The position numbers were made by a program, and so were the translations under genes. From IMG/VR virus record IMGVR_UViG_3300040801_002133, positions 1 through 44,446 of that record: a stretch of DNA of 44,446 bases; one strand, written 5' to 3'. The DNA comes from a virus. The notes beneath the pieces are model-generated. The model made no database searches. It was given only the letters and a program-made list of their open reading frames with translations, and had not been told where the DNA came from. Positions within the stretch are counted from its first letter, which is position 1. Every line of letters starts with the position of its first letter. Below, one piece after another: positions 35,942 to 43,599 of the stretch.

Positions 35942-36607
35942 ATGCTTACTAAAATACCTGACATTATCAAAGCATTGAAAGCAGGAGAACAACTCTCAGA
36001 TCCTACTAAGTGGAAAAACGCTACCACGTTGGCAGGAGCGATTACAGTATTAGTTACTCTCGGATTGAAGTATATGGGATTTGAAGAAGCTTTGTCTAAA
36101 GAAACGCAAGAAGCAATTGTTGGAGTACTAGTTTCTGTCTTTGGCCTTTTAGCTACTTTTTCTCATTTCGGAGGAGCTAAGGAGGTTGGTCCACTAACTT
36201 TCATCTCGCCTTATAGCCGACAATCGATTCCTCTTAAGTACGGCAATCCTCTTACTTCAATAGAGATAGACACTGGGAAGCTCTCTTCCATGTGGGGCAA
36301 AGTAACCTTCGCATTGAGTGACTTGTTCAAGGCATTGATACCAATCTTTCTTACTCTGTTGAGCAAAGCCGGCAAGCGAGCTTATGAGGTTGCGACAGAA
36401 GCTTCCAATGCGGCCAAAGACATGAAAGACAATGAAGGCAATCCTCTGCCAGGCACTGAAAAGTTTACTTTTGTGTTCTATGAAGTTGTCAACAAGTTGT
36501 CTAGCGAAGGCCTGTCGCTAGCCGACAGTAAGATCAATGTTGTCATTGAAATTTGCTATCAACTACTGAAAAGCGGCGAAAGGAAGATCAGCGATGTGTC
36601 CGAATGA
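35942..36607 (+). CDS. Membrane protein with an LL-H holin-like C-terminal region.
   Basis: Two to three TM segments. AYEVATEASNAAKD...GTEKFTFVFYEVVNKL..GLSLADSKINVVIEICYQLL resembles the Holin_LLH family pattern. Confidence 0.35.
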   Translation: MLTKIPDIIKALKAGEQLSDPTKWKNATTLAGAITVLVTLGLKYMGFEEALSKETQEAIVGVLVSVFGLLATFSHFGGAKEVGPLTFISPYSRQSIPLKYGNPLTSIEIDTGKLSSMWGKVTFALSDLFKALIPIFLTLLSKAGKRAYEVATEASNAAKDMKDNEGNPLPGTEKFTFVFYEVVNKLSSEGLSLADSKINVVIEICYQLLKSGERKISDVSE

Positions 36608-36836
36608 GAGCGTAATTTGGGACGTACACCCGTTAATTCCTATTTATCGTTGTGAAAAGTGTTCAGTAGCTTGGCCGCAAGTTTATTATCTTGCAGACAT
36701 GGAAATGTGTTACGCTCCAGAAGGCAAGAAGCTGACTTGGAAAAAGAATTGTCCAGACTGCGAAGGAAAAGCAGTGTTAACTACTGTAAGGCACATCAAC
36801 ATCTTGCGAGAGCGAGAGAAAATAAGCAAGGGATAG
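36594..36836 (+). CDS. Small zinc-ribbon protein.
   Basis: CEKC ... CPDC pairs. AGGAAG SD. Confidence 0.4.
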   Translation: MCPNESVIWDVHPLIPIYRCEKCSVAWPQVYYLADMEMCYAPEGKKLTWKKNCPDCEGKAVLTTVRHINILREREKISKG

Positions 36837-36839
36837 AAA

Positions 36840-37178
36840 ATGGAACCTTATGATCCTGGCAAAGACTACTGCTCATTGTCGCCAGACGACATTATAGTAG
36901 TAAGTCTAGATTTCGTAACTGTCTATGACCTGTCTGGCTGATGCTATGCTCACGATGAAGATTATGTTTATCACTACAGGTCAAGAAAAGAATCTGATCT
37001 AGCTTTTAAAAAGTGACTTCATCGAATGGCCCCAGGGTGGGTCGCCGAACTTTATTACCAAGGCGTGAGAAAAGCGGGTTGGGTTCCTTGGTACTGGCGA
37101 GAATTTAAATGGTGGGTGAAAGATGTATTCTTTGGAAAACCTGACGTCAATCAAGCAGAAGCGAATATGGTTGTCTAG
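36840..37178 (+). pseudogene. DUF1353-like ORF interrupted by two in-frame TGA codons (36939-36941 and 37014-37016). It is either a pseudogene or a recoded/readthrough gene.
   Basis: A single frame reads MEPYDPGKDYCSLSPDDIIVVSLDFVTVYDLSG*CYAHDEDYVYHYRSRKESDLAFKK*LHRMAPGWVAELYYQGVRKAGWVPWYWREF...MVV(TAG). HD..Y...R..SD..F....Y..VR..G..W matches my recollection of the DUF1353 pattern. Confidence 0.5.
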
Positions 37179-37455
37179 ACATATTTGCTATATTATCAAT
37201 GCCGCTAACGATTTAGGCTACAATGCTGTTATTGATATGGCAAGACGATGCACTGATTGTAAAATAGGGCGACAATACTCGCTGCACAAGGATGGTCTTG
37301 CGATTGATTTGCTGATTTATGATAGCAATGGAGACTATCTGCCTAAAGGAGAAATTTATTCGAAGCTCCATGATCTTTGGGACGAGTTTGGAGGAGCTAA
37401 ACGAATTAAAGGAGATTTGGGGCACTTCTCAATTGCCCATAGAGGAATGAGATGA
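37123..37455 (+). CDS. Peptidase M15 (VanY/M15_4-like) endolysin.
   Basis: SLHKDGLAIDL (SxHxxGxAxD) and GDLGHFS (D..H) are the zinc-ligand motifs. DLWDEFGG also matches. It lies in the lysis-block context. Confidence 0.7.
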   Translation: MYSLENLTSIKQKRIWLSRHICYIINAANDLGYNAVIDMARRCTDCKIGRQYSLHKDGLAIDLLIYDSNGDYLPKGEIYSKLHDLWDEFGGAKRIKGDLGHFSIAHRGMR

Positions 37456-37607
37456 AGCTTTTATTGATTGTCGGTTTCTTGATAATGACATCAGGAACAA
37501 TATGGTTTGGAATACAAATAGTCAAAGACTATAAAGAGAGTAGAATAGACTACGTTGAGTGGATTGACAATCAAATAGAGAACAGTCCTACTGCTGCAGG
37601 AGAATAA
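37452..37607 (+). CDS. Small N-terminally anchored membrane protein (51 aa), possibly an i-spanin-like or holin-like lysis accessory.
   Basis: Hand-translated as MKLLLIVGFLIMTSGTIWFGIQIVKDYKESRIDYVEWIDNQIENSPTAAGE. ATGA overlap with the endolysin stop. Below the ORF-track cutoff. Confidence 0.45.
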   Translation: MKLLLIVGFLIMTSGTIWFGIQIVKDYKESRIDYVEWIDNQIENSPTAAGE

Positions 37608-37648
37608 AACAACCTGTCTTGCGTTATACAAGACAGGTTGTTGTTTTT
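37606..37648. terminator. Bidirectional rho-independent terminator between the convergent arms.
   Basis: A 14-bp perfect stem, AACAACCTGTCTTG / CAAGACAGGTTGTT, with loop cgttata. An A run lies 5' and a T run 3'. Confidence 0.85.
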
Positions 37649-37817
37649 ATTTAGCTTTTTTCTCTTGTGACGTCATGTGCCATCTGTCGCACATTTCACA
37701 ATGAAATACTCTAATAGGCTTCTTTTCTCCTTTAGCGCCTTTTAGTTGCGAGAAAGACATTGCTGTTCTTGCAAGCTCTGCTGTTGGATAGCCAATCTTT
37801 CCTGTTAAACAACGCAT
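37647..37817 (-). CDS. Small zinc-ribbon protein.
   Basis: GGAGG SD and TAATG coupling to the polymerase stop. MRCLTGKIGY...FHCEMCDRWHMTS. Confidence 0.45.
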   Translation of the reverse strand: MRCLTGKIGYPTAELARTAMSFSQLKGAKGEKKPIRVFHCEMCDRWHMTSQEKKAK

Positions 37818-39649
37818 TAATCTGCCTCCGCCCAATTATTTCCTGTGTGACAATCGACAAGCAACGGCACGTCAAACTCTACTGCTTTTTCCATTGTCTG
37901 CTTCAACTCTTCCATTGCCTCTTTTCCTGCCGGAGTCTTGGCAACAGATACGTCCAACTCATCGTGAACTGTCATGTGCAACTTCAATTCGTCGAACAAT
38001 CCTGCTTTGTGCGCGTCTACAATTGCTTTTTTCATTACGTCAGCGGCTGATCCTTGAATAAGTCGATTGAACATGCTGTGGAGCTTTCTGCTTGGATGAG
38101 TCCTTGCTTTCCTGCCAAGAATTGTAAATACATGGCCTCTGCGAGCCGCCACCTCTGACACGGTATTCCTCAAGCGCTTAACGTATGGTGCGGCTCTATG
38201 GTACCCGGCCATGAATTCCTCTGCTTCGTCCATTGTCCATCCAAAAGTTTCTGAGGCAGTTTTGACTCCCATTCCATACGCGCCTCCAAAGTTGAGTCTT
38301 TTAGCGGTTCGTCTATCAAATCCTGTGCTGTCGCAAATAACTTGGTGCAAATCCGTTTTTGGATCTTCAACATATCTTCTTCTGAGATTTTCTGCTGGGG
38401 AGCCTTCCGCGTAGTGTGCCATGATTCGATATTCAATCTGCGAGTAGTCGAGCTTTGCCCATTCACAGTCTTCTTCTGGAATGAAAAGCTGTCGCAACAC
38501 TTGTCCTTTTGCGTCTTCGTCGTCTCCCTCTTCATCAATAGCTGAGACTTGCTGAAGATTTGGTTTACTTGCTGAAAATCTACCAGCAACTGTTCCGTAA
38601 TCGTCTGACTTAAGAGGGTGGAAAGTTCCATAAAGTCTCCCTTCGACGAGCATTTTCAAGTAAGGATGTAGAAACATAGAAATTATTGTATCTACGTGCC
38701 TGTATTCTAGAATTTTATCGCATACAGGGTACTTACTAGTTAGTTTGTTTAGCGCCAACTTGTCCATTCTAGGATTGCCTTGTTTTCCTTCTCTTTTCAT
38801 TCTGTCAGTTGGCGGTCGTCTCGGATAAGGTATTCCGTCTCTGTCAAACAGCTTTGCAAGCTGAATAGGAGAATTGAGATTGACCTCATACCCTGCCCAT
38901 TCTGAAAGCTCTTTTTGTAGCGCCCAGCGTCGCTCGGTGAACGTACGCACAGCTGTAGAAAATTTTTTCTCGTCGATTTTCACGCCGTTTTTGCGCATTT
39001 TTAAGAGCGAAGGAATCAGCTCAGTCTCCAGCTTGTAAATATCGGTCAAGCCTTCTCGTTCTAGTGCTCTATATTGCTTTTTAAATATCTTAAGAGGAAG
39101 ATCAACGTCTGCCAATGCGTACTCTTCTACGACTTCAGCGGGCATTTTCCAAAGATTGCTGATTGCTTTTCCTTTCCAATTCATCATCGAATTGTAATCT
39201 TCAAGAACGTTAGTCTTCTTTTCTTCTTCTGTATGCTCCTTAGCCAAACTGCTTAATGAGTATGATCTTCTGTACTCATTAAGCAAAGGCTCTGCGTATT
39301 GTACGTCATGAAGCGCGCTCATGTTCACGTTGAAGCCTTCGTGAGTCAGCCATTCTAAGTCGTACACTATGTTTGCGCCAAGCTTTGCAGAAGGACTAGA
39401 CAACACTTCAGCGATTGCTGCTTTGTTTCTTTTTCTAGTACTTTCATCAGTATCCGGGTGACGAACGTCAAGGTAACAAGACACTAATTCTCCTTCTATT
39501 TCTGCTCCTAAGCCTACCCCACAAATATAGCCTTCGCCGCGATGTGTCCCTGGTCCGTAATCAACTAAACCAGGATCTTTTGTTTCTATGTCAACACAAA
39601 CAACTTCTGCCTTGCAAAGTTTGCTAATCGTTTCATCTTCTGCTAGCAT
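37817..39649 (-). CDS. Family A DNA polymerase with a 3'-5' exonuclease domain.
   Basis: Exo I VCVDIETKD, Exo II NIVYDLEWL, Exo III YALADVDL. Pol motif A is LDYSQIEYRIMAH, motif B RRTAKRLNFGGAYGMG, motif C VHDELDV. The start was chosen at MLAEDE behind AAGGAG. Confidence 0.92.
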   Translation of the reverse strand: MLAEDETISKLCKAEVVCVDIETKDPGLVDYGPGTHRGEGYICGVGLGAEIEGELVSCYLDVRHPDTDESTRKRNKAAIAEVLSSPSAKLGANIVYDLEWLTHEGFNVNMSALHDVQYAEPLLNEYRRSYSLSSLAKEHTEEEKKTNVLEDYNSMMNWKGKAISNLWKMPAEVVEEYALADVDLPLKIFKKQYRALEREGLTDIYKLETELIPSLLKMRKNGVKIDEKKFSTAVRTFTERRWALQKELSEWAGYEVNLNSPIQLAKLFDRDGIPYPRRPPTDRMKREGKQGNPRMDKLALNKLTSKYPVCDKILEYRHVDTIISMFLHPYLKMLVEGRLYGTFHPLKSDDYGTVAGRFSASKPNLQQVSAIDEEGDDEDAKGQVLRQLFIPEEDCEWAKLDYSQIEYRIMAHYAEGSPAENLRRRYVEDPKTDLHQVICDSTGFDRRTAKRLNFGGAYGMGVKTASETFGWTMDEAEEFMAGYHRAAPYVKRLRNTVSEVAARRGHVFTILGRKARTHPSRKLHSMFNRLIQGSAADVMKKAIVDAHKAGLFDELKLHMTVHDELDVSVAKTPAGKEAMEELKQTMEKAVEFDVPLLVDCHTGNNWAEAD

Positions 39650-40178
39650 TGTCATCTCCTTCAAATTTCGGCTTTTTGTTTTCACTGAGCCATTTTCTTG
39701 CAGACTTGTTGTGATCTATGACAATTCCTAAGCAATCTTCTGCTGCTACTCTGGCGTAAATTGCCTCTTCTTTTGACTCGTATTCTCCTAAGTAGTATTG
39801 TATTCCGTTGTAATTGAGATTTGCTTTCCAACTTGCTGTCTTCTTCACAAAATTTATTCCTGCTATTCCTTTAACTATCTTCGTATTTTCATAATACGAC
39901 TTCTCAGCAAGATTAGAAAGCATGTTGTTAGTCTTGTCGCCATCTAAGTGCGTCAAGTAGCCTTTTGGCCATTTTCCATAAACCATAAGCCAAATCACTC
40001 TGTGCACTAAGTAAGTGACTCCTTTTACGTTGAGGGCGAGATTTCCGCTCTTTTGCAATGCTCCTACTATTTGTCCTTCTCTCAGCGCCCTGGTATTGAC
40101 TTTGGAATACAACAGCCCTCTTCTTGAATCGTAGTGGAATCGCTTAAGAGCTTCTTCTTGAGTTAACTCTTCTTTCAT
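39633..40178 (-). CDS. HNH homing endonuclease with an AP2-type DNA-binding domain.
   Basis: YLVHRVIWLMVYGKWPKGYLTHLDGDKTNNMLSNL is the HNH_3 signature. GINFVKKTASWKANLNYNGIQYYLGEYESKEEAIYA is AP2-like. Confidence 0.8.
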   Translation of the reverse strand: MKEELTQEEALKRFHYDSRRGLLYSKVNTRALREGQIVGALQKSGNLALNVKGVTYLVHRVIWLMVYGKWPKGYLTHLDGDKTNNMLSNLAEKSYYENTKIVKGIAGINFVKKTASWKANLNYNGIQYYLGEYESKEEAIYARVAAEDCLGIVIDHNKSARKWLSENKKPKFEGDDNASRR

Positions 40179-41413
40179 GACTTTCCAGGCTCCCTGTTAG
40201 AAGGCTTAGAACACTGGTGAACACAAATATTCGGCCAATGCGAATAGTTTGTTTTGTAAGGAATGTCGTACTCTACTTCTCTTACTCCTATCAGATCTAG
40301 CATTTTCAAGCAAGCGTCGCAAGGGCCGTGAGTTACGTACACTTTGACTTTAGAGAAATCAGGAGATATTCCCGCTTTTCTCAACTTATCTAGCGCTCTG
40401 TGCTCCGCGTGTACAGAAGGACAGCCAGTTTCAAACCACCTGTCATTTTCGTCGTCTCTTGCACAAGTTTTGCAAGGTTCTCTGTGCTCCGCCACGTCCC
40501 CATAGCCATATGAAATAATCTCTTCGGCTTTGTTGTCGTGCTTGATTGTCATAACACAACCGACTTTCTTCTTAAGGCAATTAGATTTCTGTGCCTCTTT
40601 CCATGCCCTCTCCATAAAGTCAGGCTTTAATAGACTATTGACGACTGGAATATATTTCATTGCCAGGTCGTAGTAAAAATCTTCTGCCAACTGATGCTGG
40701 TCGATTGTCTGTCCTGAAAGGAGCGCTTTTTCAAGCTCTTCTCTTTTGTACTCGTAGAAGTGCAGAGAGTTTGCGAAATGCGTATAAGTTCCGAGCGACA
40801 AACAAGGATAGTCATGTCTAAGAACTTCGATCAAAGCTCTCTGAACAAAGCAAAAGAAAGGAACGTCGTAAGGCAATCCGTAATAAATGTCGCTAGATCG
40901 CATTACTGCCGTTAGGTGAAGCTTATCTTCGTTGTCGATCCTCGCCTTAAGAAACATTGTACAAGGATTGTCGTTAGATATGTAAGCGTTTTCATTGTTG
41001 TAAATTGTCATTACGGCCTTCTTACTGCCTTTGCTGTTGCGCAAGCAATTTGCAGCGTGCTCGAATTGCGTAACGCCGTGAGTGTTCTTGTCGTGAAAAA
41101 GGAGCTTGCCGTAATTGCTGTTAACTGTCTCTCCATCGTCTGTACAATTCTCCCAGAACTTGCTGCACTTGACGGCATCTGCCAATAAGTTGGATCCTGA
41201 CATATAGAAGTGGAATTCTTCAGAAAGGTAATGCGTCGACATGTCCCTGCATATTGCCATACATCTGCCAGGATCTTTTATTGTGAAAATGGCGTCGTGC
41301 AGTTCAGTAAGCTTCTTGCCTTTTCTAGATACGCTTTCTTCGCCTTTAGAAAACAGCTCGTCAATAAGCTTTTTGTAAACAGAGTTAAAAGAAATATCAA
41401 CTATTGGTTTCAT
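40175..41413 (-). CDS. Fusion of a thymidylate-synthase-family pyrimidine C5 (hydroxy)methylase and a dCMP deaminase.
   Basis: The N-terminal part reads EEFHFYMSG, NSNYG, NPCTMF (catalytic Cys) and MRSSDIYYGLPYD. The C-terminal part reads VHAEHRAL (HAE) and HGPCDACLKM (PCxxC). AGGAG SD. Confidence 0.75.
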   Translation of the reverse strand: MKPIVDISFNSVYKKLIDELFSKGEESVSRKGKKLTELHDAIFTIKDPGRCMAICRDMSTHYLSEEFHFYMSGSNLLADAVKCSKFWENCTDDGETVNSNYGKLLFHDKNTHGVTQFEHAANCLRNSKGSKKAVMTIYNNENAYISNDNPCTMFLKARIDNEDKLHLTAVMRSSDIYYGLPYDVPFFCFVQRALIEVLRHDYPCLSLGTYTHFANSLHFYEYKREELEKALLSGQTIDQHQLAEDFYYDLAMKYIPVVNSLLKPDFMERAWKEAQKSNCLKKKVGCVMTIKHDNKAEEIISYGYGDVAEHREPCKTCARDDENDRWFETGCPSVHAEHRALDKLRKAGISPDFSKVKVYVTHGPCDACLKMLDLIGVREVEYDIPYKTNYSHWPNICVHQCSKPSNREPGKS

Positions 41414-41422
41414 ATCGCGCTC

Positions 41423-42814
41423 CTATAAGATTAAGTACTCTAAAGGACAGTGCCAATCTCTGCTTGGCGCTATCACTGTCAGCTTGTTGCTAGACCTTGT
41501 TACTCCAACAAACAAGCACCTAAGTTCCATGTCTGGATAGATTTCTCTCATGTCCTCTACCTTCTTGGAAGTGTCTGTTGCAATTATTACGTGAGAATTT
41601 TCTGATCCTTTACTGCCGTGAAACGTTTCTAATTCTACTCTTGCTCTTGTGTATCCTCTTGTGTCGATTAGTTTCCTGTAGTAGTTGGTTACGTAAGCGC
41701 TTTCTCTCAACGCTTCATGCCAATCGTGATCCTTGCTAATGAACATGAAGTAACTTTCTTGTCTTTTTGTAAGCGCTTCTATTTCTCCTGCCTTGTACTT
41801 GTTGTATGCTAGAATAGCGTCTAGCAATCGTTGATCTACGCTGTCTTTACCTTTGAACGAGAACCAATATCCTGCTTCTGCCAAAGAATTAGACATTTCC
41901 CTTAAGACGTACTTTGTCCTTGCTAAAACAAGCTCGCCTCCTTCGAGCCTTACGTCTGTAAACTTCTCTTTATAAGACAGTTCTCCTCTTTCTTCTTTAG
42001 GTTCAAGTATCTTTTCTTGTCTTACTTTCAATCCTCTTACTATGTTGCCAGCCAATGCGTGAACAGCAACCGGCATTCTGTAACTTTTGTCTAGAAACAC
42101 AACTTCTTTTGAGAAATTGATAAATCTTTTTACATCCGCTCCTGCCCATTCGTAAACTGCTTGGTCGTCGTCTCCTGCAACAACTACCTTTTCTGCGTTA
42201 GAGAACATTTTCTCTATCACGTCCCATTGTAGTTTTGTAAGGTCTTGCGCCTCGTCTACGTAAGCAATCTTTACAGGAACAGGATCTCCTGTTTCCATAT
42301 AATCGACTAACATGTCAGTAAAGTCAATTAAGTTAAGTTGCTCTTTCATTCTTGCCATTTCTTTCTCGACGAATAAGTACTTGCCTTCGTCAAGATTTAA
42401 GTCTTTTATTATCCTGGCGTGCCTTTCAGGATTTTGTCTCTTCATTTCTATCGCGTGAAGATAAGCGTCGTTTGGCGAAGAGTAGTCTTCTGTGTAATGT
42501 CCGCAAAAGTTTATTCCTACTTTTTCAGAAAACAGCCTATAGTGTTTCTTGCCTATTACGTCGTTTCTGCTTAGCTTAAGCGCTTTAAAACAAAGGGAGT
42601 GTATCGTACCAAAGTACGGAAGGTCGTCCTCTTTAAGAGAGAATCTGTCTATTGCTCTAAACTTGCCTTCATCTACTCCATTGTTAGTAAAAGAAACAAA
42701 AGCAATCTCTTCGGGCGCGTAAGTCTTTAACTCCTCTTCTAGCCTAGAAAGTATGTACGTGGTCTTTCCCGTGCCTGGAGGCCCGTAAATCGTCTGTTTG
42801 CTGAAGGTGCTCAT
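41423..42814 (-). CDS. UvrD/Rep-like SF1 DNA helicase.
   Basis: GPPGTGKTT (Walker A), YVDEAQDL (Walker B), AGDDDQAVYEWAG, KSYRMP, FHGSKGSE, VGVTRSSNKL. The start was chosen at MSTFSK behind AGGAG. Confidence 0.85.
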   Translation of the reverse strand: MSTFSKQTIYGPPGTGKTTYILSRLEEELKTYAPEEIAFVSFTNNGVDEGKFRAIDRFSLKEDDLPYFGTIHSLCFKALKLSRNDVIGKKHYRLFSEKVGINFCGHYTEDYSSPNDAYLHAIEMKRQNPERHARIIKDLNLDEGKYLFVEKEMARMKEQLNLIDFTDMLVDYMETGDPVPVKIAYVDEAQDLTKLQWDVIEKMFSNAEKVVVAGDDDQAVYEWAGADVKRFINFSKEVVFLDKSYRMPVAVHALAGNIVRGLKVRQEKILEPKEERGELSYKEKFTDVRLEGGELVLARTKYVLREMSNSLAEAGYWFSFKGKDSVDQRLLDAILAYNKYKAGEIEALTKRQESYFMFISKDHDWHEALRESAYVTNYYRKLIDTRGYTRARVELETFHGSKGSENSHVIIATDTSKKVEDMREIYPDMELRCLFVGVTRSSNKLTVIAPSRDWHCPLEYLIL

Positions 42815-43370
42815 AAAATCTCCTGTCAACTCCTGCAGAATAAGAGTTTATTTTAGCCGCTCTTCCTTTCCAATCTCTAAGCGACACAGAGCTTGTTTTT
42901 ACTTTCAATAACGCCCTAAGCTTTTCTTGGTGCCATTCAGGAAGAAACAGTTGCATCTCATCAAATTGCTCTAAAAAGTTTACTAACGAAGTTTCTAAGA
43001 ACAAATACCCTGTATTGGTTTCATAAACGCCTCCGCGCCCAATGTCAGCTTGATCTTCTGTCAGTCTTTCTGAGACAAATTGCGCTACTCTCTTAAGCCA
43101 AATCTCTTCAAGAACGTCTTCAGAGTAAGTTTCTGTGTTTGACAATGCTTTATTAACAAGCATAATCCAAGCTTCGTTAGAAATTTTTAACAAAAGTTCT
43201 CCAGTAGCTTCTAGAAACTTGTCGACAAGCTTTCTCTGATTAGACAGGTGTCTAGTTGAGTCAAAGTGCAAAATTGTGCCGTGTTCTACGTTCCAAGAGT
43301 ACTTGGCTTTTCTTCCGTATCTTACTTTAATTTCTCCAAACCAAATATCTGAAACTCTTCTGCCTACCAT
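42744..43370 (-). CDS. Stand-alone paralog of the prim-pol C-terminal domain.
   Basis: AGGAG SD. Hand alignment with the prim-pol C-terminal half shows shared Y.W...G.IL.FD, W..L..A..N, WL.RV.QF..ER.T, G.VY and KGR..I landmarks in the same order. Confidence 0.5.
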   Translation of the reverse strand: MVGRRVSDIWFGEIKVRYGRKAKYSWNVEHGTILHFDSTRHLSNQRKLVDKFLEATGELLLKISNEAWIMLVNKALSNTETYSEDVLEEIWLKRVAQFVSERLTEDQADIGRGGVYETNTGYLFLETSLVNFLEQFDEMQLFLPEWHQEKLRALLKVKTSSVSLRDWKGRAAKINSYSAGVDRRFYEHLQQTDDLRASRHGKDHVHTF

Positions 43371-43371
43371 T

Positions 43372-43599
43372 CTACGCTCCTATTTTTTGTAAAACTAACT
43401 GTCTGCGATACTCTATGTCTTTTTCTGTAATAACAGACTTGTCTAAGACTATTCTGCAATCGTTGCAAACAATCATGCTTTTTCTCCAGTAGATTTTCTT
43501 TTCTTCAGTCTCTTTGCACATTGATGTCTCTATTATCTTCTTGCCGCACTTTTCGCACACAGGCGCAAAGTGATTAGTGTAAGGTTCTCTCTTTTTCAT
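43372..43599 (-). CDS. Small zinc-ribbon protein.
   Basis: CEKCGK ... CNDC. TAATG coupling to the prim-pol stop. Confidence 0.45.
   Translation of the reverse strand: MKKREPYTNHFAPVCEKCGKKIIETSMCKETEEKKIYWRKSMIVCNDCRIVLDKSVITEKDIEYRRQLVLQKIGA

Noticed and set aside
36840-37178. Genome-wide TGA reassignment (genetic code 4 or 25).
   Set aside because: TGA terminates terL and many ATGA-coupled genes. All other long ORFs are intact under the standard code. Only this single ORF is affected.
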